Source: Acidobacteriota bacterium
GTDB taxonomy: Bacteria > Acidobacteriota > Terriglobia > Terriglobales > SCQP01
DNA length: 64,000 bases
Direction: 5' to 3'
Assembly (NCBI GenBank): GCA_027314025.1
Contig: DAHVCP010000050.1
Location: 5,753 to 69,752, forward strand
Below are positions 1 through 9,485 of this stretch, one piece after another. The notes under the pieces are model-generated. The model was not told where the DNA came from and ran no database searches. It was given only the letters and a program-made list of their open reading frames with translations. How positions within the stretch are numbered: the first letter of the stretch is position 1; every line of letters begins with the position of its first letter. A program made the translations under genes and the position numbers.

Positions 1-84
1 GGCGCGAACCGCTATGGTCCCAATCCCAAGGAGACGGGCTCGGCGGGGTATTCGTCGGGTGCGGCGTATGCCGCGCAGCCCTAG
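1..84 (+). CDS. C-terminal end of an unidentified protein entering from upstream of the window
   Basis: Frame 1 is open from base 1 to the TAG at 82-84 (..GANRYGPNPKETGSAGYSSGAAYAAQP*). Too short to assign. Confidence 0.2.
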   Translation, partial: GANRYGPNPKETGSAGYSSGAAYAAQP

Positions 85-204
85 CCGCAAAGCGGAGCGG
101 GTCGCAAGGCGGAGCGGGCAGGGATAGCGGAGCGGGTCGCAAAGCGGAGCGGGCAGGGATAGCGGCACGGGTCGCAAAGCGGAGCGGGCCGGATACCGGA
201 GCGG
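85..204. repeat. Tandem repeat, 35-bp unit x ~3.4 (GTCGCAARGCGGAGCGGGCAGGGATAGCGGNNCGG)
   Basis: Units begin at 101, 136 and 171, with a partial unit before 101. Read directly from the sequence. Confidence 0.8.
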
Positions 205-209
205 CGGGC

Positions 210-740
210 CTAGCCCGGGAGGAATCCGCGCTGGCCCGATTCCAAGGCCAACAGGTCCGCCTTGATGGCCAGGCCGCCGCCGAAACCGGTCAAACTTCCG
301 TCGGCGCCGACGACGCGGTGGCAGGGAACAATGATGGGGATAGGGTTGGCGCCATTGGCCGCGCCCACGGCGCGGGCAGCGCGCGGCAGGCCCACGCGCC
401 GGGCGAGTTCGCCGTAGCTGATGGTTTGGCCGTAAGGAATGCTCCGCAGTTCCGCCCATACGCAGAGCTGGAACGCCGTGCCCTGGGGAGCAAGCGGGAG
501 ATCGAAGTGGGTGCGGCGGCCGGCGAAATATTCACCCAGCTGATCGCAGGCGGAGGCGAGGATGCGGCGCGCCGCGGCAAGGTGGGATGCGCCGGCGGAG
601 GATTCCGCGGCGGTAGCCGCGAGGGGCGGAGGCGGAGAACTCCGTCCAGGGTGGGGCGGAAACTCCACCCGCCGCAGGCCGTGTTCATCCGCGGCTAACC
701 ATATCCTTCCGACCGGGGTCTCTAGCGATGCGCGATGCAT
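210..740 (-). CDS. ogt: Methylated-DNA--protein-cysteine methyltransferase (Ogt/MGMT)
   Basis: Active-site PCHRV, plus the upstream helix-turn-helix [37 protein letters not shown]. Start trimmed to MHRASLE (ATG at 738-740); the 339-aa track ORF is a GC-driven 5' extension. Confidence 0.9.
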   Translation of the reverse strand: MHRASLETPVGRIWLAADEHGLRRVEFPPHPGRSSPPPPLAATAAESSAGASHLAAARRILASACDQLGEYFAGRRTHFDLPLAPQGTAFQLCVWAELRSIPYGQTISYGELARRVGLPRAARAVGAANGANPIPIIVPCHRVVGADGSLTGFGGGLAIKADLLALESGQRGFLPG

Positions 741-997
741 GTTCTGGTCCACGGGCGCGGAGGGGCCGGCACTCCGGCTGGCTCGCAAAGCCGGACATGG
801 TTGTGGCGCCTTTGACGGGCGCAGGTCCGAGCGCGGCCATGCCGCGTCACTCCCGCGAATCGAATCCGCGCCGTCCACACCGATTATGGTATGCGCGAAG
901 AGCCGCCGCTCCGGGGTATATTCCCCAGGACAAGGTCTGGAGGGCGCGCTAGCGATTTTCGCCTGCGGCGGCGCGGCGGGCGGTTTATAGTGACTAT

Positions 998-1987
998 GTG
1001 CAGCCACATCCGGTGATGTTGCCGGGCGGCAGGGGTAGCAACAGCCGTCTGCGAGCCAAAATTGTTGTTTCCGCGGGGGGTGTTGCGCTATTGCTGGCGC
1101 TGCCGGCGTTCGCCGCCTCGGGGGGAGTCGCGCGCGTGCGTTCCCGCCGGGAACGGGCGGCAGCGGGAGCGAGCGGCGCGTTGGACGGCGCGCCACTAAC
1201 GGGCGCCTACTTGGCGCGGCGGCTGCCATCCATTTCGCTTCTGCGGCGCTCGCCTTTCGCGCCGGCCCTGCCCCGCCTGGCGGCGTTTGCTTACCCGGTG
1301 TTCTCCGCGCAGGCCATGGCGCAGGATGCGGACCAGAGCCAGAAGGGAAAACAGAAAGTCGAGAAGAAGGGCAAGGTGCGCCTGACCTACGGCGCGGGAA
1401 AAGGGCCGAAGTATTCGCCGGGGCATTTGTTCTACGTCATCCCCGCCTATGAAGTCTCCTACCTGAAAACGGTGCCGCCGATGACGCCGAAGCAAAAATT
1501 CGACGCCATGTTCAGCGAGACCTATGACTGGCAAGGACTGGCGATGGGCGGCTTGGAGACGCTGTTCGAGCACACGTCGAACGGCTATTGCGGCTATGGG
1601 CCGGGCTTTGGCGGCTACATGAAATGCTTTGCCTCGGCGCAGATTGACGCCGACGATTCCGGGTTCTGGGGAGATTATGTTTTCCCGGTGTGGTTCCATG
1701 AGGATCCGCGCTATTTCCGCCTGGGCGGGAGCCATTCGTTCGCCTCGCGGTTCCTGTACGCCGTGGACCGCACGTTCATCGTGCGCAGCGACCTTACCGG
1801 GCGCTCGACCTTCGCCTGGGCGCCGACGCTGGGGACCATCCTGGCCGGGGTCGCTTCCAACACCTACTATCCGAACGCCCAGCGCGGCGTGGGCCTGACC
1901 GCCAGCCGCGTGGAGTTCGACCTGATCGGCACCGCCATCTTCAACCTGGAAGCCGAGTTCTGGCCGGACATCCGGAACGTGTTTTAA
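998..1987 (+). CDS. Conserved hypothetical protein, probably exported (start uncertain)
   Basis: Normal amino-acid composition from ~1310 onward (..[48 protein letters not shown]..) with hydrophobic signal-like segments upstream. No family recognised. Confidence 0.5.
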   Translation: MQPHPVMLPGGRGSNSRLRAKIVVSAGGVALLLALPAFAASGGVARVRSRRERAAAGASGALDGAPLTGAYLARRLPSISLLRRSPFAPALPRLAAFAYPVFSAQAMAQDADQSQKGKQKVEKKGKVRLTYGAGKGPKYSPGHLFYVIPAYEVSYLKTVPPMTPKQKFDAMFSETYDWQGLAMGGLETLFEHTSNGYCGYGPGFGGYMKCFASAQIDADDSGFWGDYVFPVWFHEDPRYFRLGGSHSFASRFLYAVDRTFIVRSDLTGRSTFAWAPTLGTILAGVASNTYYPNAQRGVGLTASRVEFDLIGTAIFNLEAEFWPDIRNVF

Positions 1988-2026
1988 CCGGACGCCCATC
2001 GCGGGGCCGCGCCGCCGTGGGCGGCC

Positions 2027-2070
2027 GTGGAATGGGCTTCAGCCCGTGTGCCGGCGGGCTTCAGCCGGCC
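2027..2070 (+). repeat. Short dispersed repeat, family 2 (GTGGAATGGGCTTCAGCCCGTGTGCC..GGGCTTCAGCC)
   Basis: Near-identical copies at 63923-63965 (same strand) and 54351-54396 (reverse complement). Confidence 0.75.
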
Positions 2071-2199
2071 GGTTGGCGCGACCCCGCGACAACCAACTTG
2101 GGAGGGGCTTACCACCGCCGGCGGGGAGCCCCTCTCGGCAACCCTGCCGCGCACCGCTACGGCCACTTCACGCCGCCGGAACTGCGCCCGGGCCGCCAT

Positions 2200-2276
2200 T
2201 GGCGGGCGCGGCGGGATTCGAACCCGCGACCCTCCGCTTAGAAGGCGGATGCTCTGGTCCACTGAGCTACGCGCCC
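2200..2276 (-). tRNA. tRNA-Arg (anticodon TCT), CCA encoded
   Basis: The reverse complement folds as a cloverleaf. Acceptor GGGCGCG/CGCGCCC, TAGCTCAGTGGA D-arm, anticodon stem TCCGC/GCGGA with loop CTTCTAA, T-arm GCGGGTTCGAATCCCGC, discriminator G plus CCA. Confidence 0.95.
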
Positions 2277-2507
2277 GCGGCTTCCATTCTACGGCGGCGC
2301 GGCCGCGAGCTGCACGGGGCGGCGGCGAGGCGGTGTGCGCGCCGGCCGCGCGCGGCAGGGTCGCTGGAAACGCTGGAGAACGCGTCCAACGTCGCGCAGC
2401 GAGCGGCGCGCGACGCGAGCGATCAGGTCCTTGGCGGGATGGCTGGACGTGCTTTGCGCCCCGCCGTTTGCGGCGGCGGCGTTTCGTCGCTGCCCGCGGC
2501 CGCGGCG

Positions 2508-2750
2508 TTATTGCGCGCCACTGCCCGCGGCCGCGGCTTCGGCGGCGAGGATGTGGGCTTCGGCGCCTTGGAAGCCGCAGGTTTTATGGCTGCCGTCGCA
2601 GAAGGGTTTGTTGTTGGAATGGCCGCAGCGGCAGAGGGAGATGGCCGGCTTGTTGATGGGAATTTCCTGTCCGTTGGAATCAAGAAGGGTGAATGGCCCC
2701 TCGACGTGGAGCGAACCGTTGCGGCGAATGGTGATCTTGACGTCCGGCAT
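2508..2750 (-). CDS. CDGSH-type iron-sulfur domain protein
   Basis: 80 aa containing CRCGHSNNKPFCDGSH, the CDGSH 2Fe-2S signature. Confidence 0.85.
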   Translation of the reverse strand: MPDVKITIRRNGSLHVEGPFTLLDSNGQEIPINKPAISLCRCGHSNNKPFCDGSHKTCGFQGAEAHILAAEAAAAGSGAQ

Positions 2751-2950
2751 AAGACAACAGTGTAAACCGCTCGCGCGGGCCGCGCCTTTTGCCCGGGCCG
2801 CAACGCCGGCGTGGGAAGGCCGCGAAATTTGCCGTGCACCCGCTGCGCACGAACGGACGTCACGGCCCGTCCGCGCAAGATCCGCGCAAGATCAGCGCGA
2901 GAAAAGCGGCGGGGCTGGCGCCCGCGCCCATTTGGCTTACGGACGCCGGC

Positions 2951-4357
2951 TTAGCCGGCCGCGCGCGGGCGGCGGCGCTGGCGCCAGAGGAAGAACGGGA
3001 TGCCGGCCAGGATGATGGCCAAACCGACGATCGAGGGCAAAAGGTTGGCGGCGAAGGTCTGCTCCAGGATGACCAGGGCGCAGAGGATGAAGATAGCCGG
3101 CAGGACGGGATAGCCCCACATGCGATATGGGGAGGTTTCGCCGCGGCGGCGGAAGGCGAAGAGCGAGGAGACGGCGAGGGCGTAGAACAGCCACTCGGCG
3201 AAGATGGTGAGCGTGAACAGGCCCTGATAATGGCTGGCCAGGGCGAAGATGCAGGTGAAGGCCGCTTGGATCCAGAGGGCGACGTCGGGCGTGCGGTAGC
3301 GGGGATGGACGTGGGCCAAGCGGGAGAAGAACACGCCATCGCGGGCCATGGCGAAGGGCGCGCGGGCGCCGGACAAAATGGAACTGTTGAGGGTGGCGAA
3401 GACCGAGACCATGATCGCCACCGAAACCAGCGCGCCGCCGTGGCGGCCGATGAAGGCCGCGGCCATGGTCCCGGCGACGTTGTTGTGGGCCGCCACCTGG
3501 GCCGGGGAGAGCACGTAGAAATACGCGACGTTGACCAGGGCGTAGGCGGCGAAGACCACGGCCAGGCCCACGCCCATGGCGATGGGAATGGTCCGCTGCG
3601 GCTGCTGGATTTCACTGCCCGCCAGCGTCAGGTTGTTCCAGCCGTCGTAGGCCCACAAGGCGGCGACCAGCGCGGCGGCGAAGCCGCCGAAGCCGCCCAT
3701 GCTGGCCAGCGGCGCCGCCAACTGCTGGCCCAGATGATGCCAGTCGCCCGGCGCCCAGAGGAAGGCGGCGGCGATCAGCCCGGCGATGAGCAGCAGCTTG
3801 AGGGCGGTGAACCAGGCTTGCAGGCGGCCGCCCTGGCGCACGCCAAAATAATTGACCGCCGTGACCAGGATGATGACGCCGGCGGCGAGGAGCTGGATGC
3901 CCTGGATGCCCACGCCGGCGAAGGAAATCACCGTGGCGTTCAGCCCCGGCCAGATGAAGCCGGCGGCGAGGGCGAAGCCCGCCCCGATGGCCGCGGCGGA
4001 GACGGGGCGAATGATCCAGAACATGCCCCAGCCGAACAGAAAGCCGAGGCCGGAGCCCCAGCCGTCGCGCAAAAATACATACTCCCCACCGGCTTGCGGC
4101 CGCAGCGCGCCGAGTTCGGCATAGGCCAGGGCGCCGAACAGCGAGAGCAGGCCGCCGACCACCCAGGCGGCCATGATCCAAGTGAAGGAATGCACCTCGC
4201 GGATCATTTCATTGGGCACGAAGAAAATGCCGGAGCCGATCAGCGTGCCGACGACCAGCGCCACGCACTGGAAGGGCGTAAGGCCGCGCACGAGGCCGTC
4301 GGCGGAGACGGTGGGCTCGGCGGGAGCGGTGGGTGGGGGCGCGGGGTGGGGGTCCAT
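2951..4357 (-). CDS. Amino acid permease (APC superfamily)
   Basis: About 12 hydrophobic segments with an APC-like N-terminus (GTLIGSGIFFVPNEM). Start set at MDPHPAPPP (ATG 4355-4357); the alternative upstream start at 4450 is less likely. Confidence 0.85.
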   Translation of the reverse strand: MDPHPAPPPTAPAEPTVSADGLVRGLTPFQCVALVVGTLIGSGIFFVPNEMIREVHSFTWIMAAWVVGGLLSLFGALAYAELGALRPQAGGEYVFLRDGWGSGLGFLFGWGMFWIIRPVSAAAIGAGFALAAGFIWPGLNATVISFAGVGIQGIQLLAAGVIILVTAVNYFGVRQGGRLQAWFTALKLLLIAGLIAAAFLWAPGDWHHLGQQLAAPLASMGGFGGFAAALVAALWAYDGWNNLTLAGSEIQQPQRTIPIAMGVGLAVVFAAYALVNVAYFYVLSPAQVAAHNNVAGTMAAAFIGRHGGALVSVAIMVSVFATLNSSILSGARAPFAMARDGVFFSRLAHVHPRYRTPDVALWIQAAFTCIFALASHYQGLFTLTIFAEWLFYALAVSSLFAFRRRGETSPYRMWGYPVLPAIFILCALVILEQTFAANLLPSIVGLAIILAGIPFFLWRQRRRPRAAG

Positions 4358-4616
4358 GGCGTGGCGGATGGGGTCGGAGGCTTGCGGCGCCTTGCGGCGG
4401 CTAGGATGACGCCTGGCGCGCCGGGGCGGCGCGCGGCACGCGCTCCCCATTCGGCTGACTATAAACCAAGCGCGGCATCTCCCGGCGACGTGGCTCTGCG
4501 ATCCACCGGCCTGCTGCTCGTCTTAGGTCGCTTGGCGGGATGCGGCGCCGGGCGCGGAAGGGTTCGCAAGCTTGCGATGGATTGACTCGTTTGACGCGCC
4601 GTGAAATAGTCCACGT

Positions 4617-4805
4617 ATGCCAGCCAGCCCCCGGCCGGAGTTACCGATCGGTCATTACCGACTGACCTTTGCCGGACGGCCGCGGCGCTGGCCGGAGTTT
4701 GCCGGCTCCGCATGGCGCGGCGTGCTCGGGCGCGAACTGCGCGTGATGAAGAAGGGATTGACCGTTTGGCGTACGAACTCCCCGGCGCAGTCGGTCACAA
4801 GTTAA
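4617..4805 (+). pseudogene. Possible 5' remnant of a Cas6/RAMP-like (DUF2276-type) gene, losing sense where GC drops
   Basis: HYRLTFAGRPRRWPEFAGSAWRGVLGRELR resembles my recollection of the N-terminal xRLxLxA..LxLPxFxGSxLRGxxGxALR pattern. The sequence after ~4745 is unrelated. Weak, memory-based call. Confidence 0.2.
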
Positions 4806-4960
4806 GTTCAAATGGCCAGAGTACAATACTCTTAGTCCGGGACGGCAAGCGTCGGAAATAGGGGCCAAACTTCTAGCTGGTCTGCATGACAAACTTGGGC
4901 TCACCAATGAGCAAGCTGCACCGTTACTTAACCGCTACATTCTAGCACTGGAGAAAGAAC

Positions 4961-5161
4961 ATGGAGAAGCAAAACTCAGAGAGACCACGAGCTCTGCGCC
5001 CGACGAAATCGGACGAAAAATTACTGGTTTCCTTGATTATAAAAATGGTGGAAGAGCACCTGAAGGAACACCCGGAACAAACCTGGCTGGAAAACGACCT
5101 GATCTCCTTCGACTTCGGCTTCGAGGAACCAAAGAAGTTGGAGAAAACGCCAGAGAAATAG
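4961..5161 (+). CDS. Small acidic hypothetical protein inside a low-GC patch
   Basis: 66-aa ORF preceded by GGAGAAAGAAC-ATG. Codon usage is AT-rich, unlike the neighbours. No family recognised. Confidence 0.3.
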   Translation: MEKQNSERPRALRPTKSDEKLLVSLIIKMVEEHLKEHPEQTWLENDLISFDFGFEEPKKLEKTPEK

Positions 5162-5328
5162 CATCTCGCTTCGCGGCCAAAGGTAATGCCGCATATAGCT
5201 ATCGAGATGGTATCTTGGAGGGTGGGGCTAAGAGCGCCAGATCCTACGCTACACCAGTTTATCCTGAGCGGACTCGGGCGCGGGCGTGCAAGCCGGCGCC
5301 CGGATCCAGGAGGCATTGACGCAGCAGC

Positions 5329-6867
5329 TTAGGGGGCCTGGCGCGCCGCGGCGGAGTGCGCCACGGCTTGGCCGCTGGGCGGCGCGGGGCGAAGCCAACT
5401 GAAGGCGTAGCCGGTCAGGAAGGTGGTCACCGTTCCGCCGACTATAAACCATGTGAAGGGCAAACCGGAAAGCCCCAAGGCGACGGCGGCCGCGACGCCC
5501 ACGATCATGCCCACGATGGCGCCGAACTCATTGGCGCGGCGGGTCACCGTGCCCAGCAGGAACACGCCCAGCAGGGCGCTGAAGGGATAGGAGATGATCG
5601 CCAGGCCGGCCACCAAAACCGAACGCGAATCGCGGCTGGCGTAGGCCACGGCGGCCAGCACTACGGTCCAGCCCACCGTCGCCAGGCGGGACATCCACAA
5701 GTAATGTTTTTCCGACTGGCCGGGGTTCAGGTGCGGGCGGTAGAAATCCATGATGGTCGTGGAGCTGAGCGCGTTCAGCGCGGCGCTCAGGTTGGACATG
5801 GCGGCGGCGATGATGGCGGCGATCAGCAACCCCGCCAGGCCGACCGGGAAGAAGCGGGCGATATAGGAGGGATATAGGCGGTCGTATCTGCCGAACTGGC
5901 CGGCGGCGGGCAGGGCGTGGCTTTGATAGAAGACGTATAGCAGCACGCCGATGAACAGGAACAAGACGAATTGGAAAAAGATCACCACCCAACTGCTGAG
6001 CAGCGCCCATCGGCTCTCCCGTTCGCTTTTGGCCGAAAGCAGGCGCTGCACGATGAGCTGGTCGGTCCCGTCGGTGGCGGTGGTCAGGAACATGCCGCCG
6101 ATCAGCCCTGCCCAGAAGGTGAACGGCTGGGTCCAGGAAAACCGGAAATGCCAGATGCGGAATTTGTGCGCGGCGGCGGCGACGGCGGCGACATGCGCCC
6201 AACCCCCGGGAATGCCGCGCAGGATGAGGAAGAAGCTGAGTATGGCGCCGGCGACGTAGATGCAGATCTGGATGAAGTCCGTCCAGATGACCGCGCGCAT
6301 GCCGCCCTCGAAGGTGTAGACCAGGGTCAGGGCGGCGATGATGAGGATGATCTCCAGGTTGTTGAAGTGCCAGCGTAGGCCCAGGCGGGGCAGGGCATCC
6401 AGCACCACGCCGCCGACGATGGCCAGCGCCCACAGCCGGACGCCTTCGGCCATGGCCCGGCCGCCCAAAAAAATGGCGGCGCTCAGGCTTTTGAGCCGGG
6501 TGCCGAAGCGGCGCTGCATCAGTTCATAGGCGGTATACAGTTCGCCTTTGAAGTAGTGCGGCAGCAACAGGGCGGAGATGACGATCCGGCCCAGCAGATA
6601 GCCGAATACCAGTTGCAGGAACGCGAAGTCGCCGGTGTAGGCGATACCCGGCGTGCTGATGATGGTGAGGACGCTGGTTTCGCCGGCGACGATGGAAAGG
6701 GAAATGGCCCACCACGGCACCGCGCGGCCGCCGAGAAAATAATCCTTGAGGGTGGTCCCATGGCGGCGAAAGGAGATGCCGAACAGGGTGATGCCGACCA
6801 GGTAGGCGCCGATAATGGCGAGATCGAGAGGATGAAGTCCGGGATGCAGCCCCACGCCTTGAAGCAT
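5329..6867 (-). CDS. Sodium:solute symporter (SSF family)
   Basis: 512 aa and ~13 TM segments. SSF-like N-terminal region (YFLGGRAVPWWAISLSIVAGETSVLTIISTPG). Confidence 0.9.
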   Translation of the reverse strand: MLQGVGLHPGLHPLDLAIIGAYLVGITLFGISFRRHGTTLKDYFLGGRAVPWWAISLSIVAGETSVLTIISTPGIAYTGDFAFLQLVFGYLLGRIVISALLLPHYFKGELYTAYELMQRRFGTRLKSLSAAIFLGGRAMAEGVRLWALAIVGGVVLDALPRLGLRWHFNNLEIILIIAALTLVYTFEGGMRAVIWTDFIQICIYVAGAILSFFLILRGIPGGWAHVAAVAAAAHKFRIWHFRFSWTQPFTFWAGLIGGMFLTTATDGTDQLIVQRLLSAKSERESRWALLSSWVVIFFQFVLFLFIGVLLYVFYQSHALPAAGQFGRYDRLYPSYIARFFPVGLAGLLIAAIIAAAMSNLSAALNALSSTTIMDFYRPHLNPGQSEKHYLWMSRLATVGWTVVLAAVAYASRDSRSVLVAGLAIISYPFSALLGVFLLGTVTRRANEFGAIVGMIVGVAAAVALGLSGLPFTWFIVGGTVTTFLTGYAFSWLRPAPPSGQAVAHSAAARQAP

Positions 6868-6958
6868 AGAGAACTGGCCGGCCTAACGCCAGGCAAGGAT
6901 GCGCCCGCCGCCGGCCCTGGGCGCGCTCAGTTGGCCCCGGCGTGCGCCGCTGCTAGGT

Positions 6959-7192
6959 GCGCCCCGCTGGCCCTGGGCGCGCCGCCGGAGCTGGCTGTGG
7001 ACCGCCGGAGTCGGGTGCGCGCCGCCGGCCCGCAATCCGGTGCGGCCGTGGCCATCCGCGCCCCGCTGGCCCTGGGCGCGCCGCCGGAGCTGGCTGTGGA
7101 CCGCCGGAGTCGGGTGCGCGCCGCCGGCCCTGGGGGCGCGGGCCGCCGGCCCGCAATCCGGTGCGGACGTGGCCATCCGCGCCCGCAAAATA
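6959..7192. repeat. Tandem duplication, 109-bp period (second unit carries a ~20-bp insertion)
   Basis: GCGCCCCGCTGGCCCTGGGCGCGCCGCCGGAGCTGGCTGTGGACCGCCGGAGTCGGGTGCGCGCCGCCGGCC.. starts at 6959 and again at 7068. Confidence 0.85.
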
Positions 7193-7244
7193 ACGCCGCC
7201 GCGGAAGGCGGACCTCGCCGGCCGTTTCACCTCCGCCGTGCGGG

Positions 7245-7964
7245 CTAGGGCTTGCGCGTGGGGCGCATCAACACTTCGCTGACGAAGCTCTGCGGGTTTT
7301 GCGTCACCAGCATGGCGACGACATGCGCCACGTCGTCGGGCTGGAGCATGACGGCGCGGTTTCTGCCGCGGTCGGGCACCAGGTCGGTATCCACCGATCC
7401 CGGGCAGACCAGGCTCACGCGGATCCCATAGGCGCGGAGCTCTTCGGCGGCGGAGATGGTCATCCCCTTTAGGCCCCACTTGGAGGCGGCATACGCGGCG
7501 CCCTTGGGCACGGGATTGTGGGCGGCGAGGGAAGAGATGTTGATGATGTGGCCGCATTGCCGGCGGATCATGTGCGGGGCGACGGCGCGCAGCGCTAAAT
7601 AGGGGCCCCGGAGGTTGGTCTCCATCACCGCCTGCCAATCCTCCGGCGCCAACTCATGGAGCGGAGTCCCGAAGGCGCCGATCCCGGCATTATTGACCAA
7701 TACATCCACCCTGCCATGGGCCGCTACGGTGCTGGCGATCAGCCCCTCGACCTCTTCCGGCCGGCGCATGTCGGTAGGCCGGGCGGTGACATCGAGGCCG
7801 TCGGCGGACCATTCGTGCGCGATTTCTTCCAGCCGGGCGCGGTTCCGCGCCGCCAGCACCACCCGGCCGCCCATGGCCGCCAAGCGGCGGGCGACGGCTT
7901 CGCCGATGCCATGGCTGGCGCCGGTGATGATGCAAACTTGCTCTTGGAGGATGTTTTCTGCCAT
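7245..7964 (-). CDS. SDR-family oxidoreductase
   Basis: TGASHGIGEAVARRL cofactor motif, NNAG, and the YAASKWGL catalytic YxxxK. Confidence 0.9.
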   Translation of the reverse strand: MAENILQEQVCIITGASHGIGEAVARRLAAMGGRVVLAARNRARLEEIAHEWSADGLDVTARPTDMRRPEEVEGLIASTVAAHGRVDVLVNNAGIGAFGTPLHELAPEDWQAVMETNLRGPYLALRAVAPHMIRRQCGHIINISSLAAHNPVPKGAAYAASKWGLKGMTISAAEELRAYGIRVSLVCPGSVDTDLVPDRGRNRAVMLQPDDVAHVVAMLVTQNPQSFVSEVLMRPTRKP

Positions 7965-8146
7965 ATTGCGAGGGTGGCGGCGGGCGCCGGCGACGGCCCT
8001 AGGGGCATGGACTCCATTCTGGGCGGCGGAGCAGCATGTCCGGTGCCGTCGTCTTCTTTAATATTCCACCCGTTTTGCCGCGGGTGAGCAGTGTAACGGC
8101 GAGATTGCGCGGGGAATCGAATTGTGAGCGGAGGAAAGAGAACCCA

Positions 8147-9430
8147 ATGATGGATGGAATGCGGACTGCCGGTGGTCGTGAGTGGCTTCGAGGGGCGGCC
8201 TTGGCCACGGGGCTGTGCCTATTGGCCGTGGCGCCCGTCTGGGCGCAGGCGATCCCTCCCTGTCCGGCGCCGGGCACGCCGCTGGCCAAGCGCACCTGGA
8301 AGGGCGGGATGCCGGAGTATAACGCCTACATCGCCGCCTCCAAGCTGACGGGTACGGCGCAGGCGCAGGCGTTTGCCGCGTTTCTGCAAAAATATCCCCA
8401 GTCCGACTATCGCTTGCCGGCGTTGCAGCAGGAGATGGCTGGTTATGTGACGGCGAAGAATTACGCCGCGGCCGAGCGCACCGCGGAAGCGGTGCTGAAG
8501 GACCCGCACGCGCCGGCGGCGGTGCAGGCCGGAGCCTTCACCGTCATCGCCTATTACCTGCCCAACGCGGCGGCCAATTTGCCCGCTACCAGCGCGCGCA
8601 TGAGCCAGGATTTGGTGCGGATTGACTGGGCGGCGCACTGCGGCCAGCAAGCCCTAGCCGCCACCCAGGCGCCGGCGCAGAAAAAGGCGCAGGCCAGCTA
8701 TGTCTTCAACCGCGCCGCCGGCTTCGTGGCCCTCCAGCGGCATCACTACGCCGCCGCCTCCCGCCACTTCCAATCCGCGGTCGAATTCAATTCCAAGGAC
8801 GCGCAGTCGTATTACTGGCTGGGCATCGCCGAGCTGTACAAAAAGCCGGCGGACTTCAGCCGCGGGCTGTTCTACGTTGCCCGCGCCCAGGCCCTGGCGC
8901 CGAGCGCGACGACCATCAGCAGCTATTTGCAGAAGGCCTATACCAGCTATCACGGTTCCGCGCAGGGCTTGAACTCCCTGGAGTCCACCGCCCAGGGCAG
9001 CGCCGAGCCGCCCTCGGGCTTCAAGATCCAGTCGGCGCGCGACATCGCCATGGCGCAGTACCAGGCGGAGCTGCAGAAGGTGAACGCGGCCAATGCCGCG
9101 GCGCGGGCCAAGCTCTATCCGGCGGATACGTTCCGCGGCATCAAACAGCGCCTGATGAATCCGGCGACCCGCATGAGCGAGTGGAAGCAGGTGAAGGGGC
9201 AGACCTACCAGCTGCAGGGCGTGGTGGTATCGGCGACGCTGCGCACGGTGGATCTGTCGGTGGATCCCTTTGATCAGCAGGCGAAGCCGCCGAAGGTGGA
9301 TGTGCATTTGGTGCTGGCCGCGCCGCGGCGTGTGCATGCCGGCGCGCATGTGACCATCACCGGGACGGCGACGGCCTTCCACACCACGCCCAGCTTCCTG
9401 ATGGTGATGAACAAAGGCAAGGTCGGGTAA
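8147..9430 (+). CDS. Secreted hypothetical protein (possibly TPR-like helical)
   Basis: GGAGGA RBS before the ATG at 8147. Signal peptide ..GAALATGLCLLAVAPVWAQA. The body is helical and Ala/Gln-rich. Confidence 0.6.
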   Translation: MMDGMRTAGGREWLRGAALATGLCLLAVAPVWAQAIPPCPAPGTPLAKRTWKGGMPEYNAYIAASKLTGTAQAQAFAAFLQKYPQSDYRLPALQQEMAGYVTAKNYAAAERTAEAVLKDPHAPAAVQAGAFTVIAYYLPNAAANLPATSARMSQDLVRIDWAAHCGQQALAATQAPAQKKAQASYVFNRAAGFVALQRHHYAAASRHFQSAVEFNSKDAQSYYWLGIAELYKKPADFSRGLFYVARAQALAPSATTISSYLQKAYTSYHGSAQGLNSLESTAQGSAEPPSGFKIQSARDIAMAQYQAELQKVNAANAAARAKLYPADTFRGIKQRLMNPATRMSEWKQVKGQTYQLQGVVVSATLRTVDLSVDPFDQQAKPPKVDVHLVLAAPRRVHAGAHVTITGTATAFHTTPSFLMVMNKGKVG

Positions 9431-9485
9431 TCGCGGCCCGGCGGGGGCGCGCGGCGCGGCGGGAACTCCGCGTCTCCCCGCGTCC

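Noticed and set aside
2789-4585. 598-aa plus-strand ORF
   Set aside because: It is antisense to the well-supported APC permease. The composition is extreme (Gly/Asp/Glu/Arg/Ala runs) with no motifs. This is a typical shadow ORF of a high-GC gene.
6959-7192. Possible CRISPR array (this tandem repeat and the one at 85-204)
   Set aside because: The units are directly adjacent with no unique spacers, and the unit lengths (109 and 35 bp) and structure are wrong for CRISPR. No CRISPR array was found anywhere in the window.
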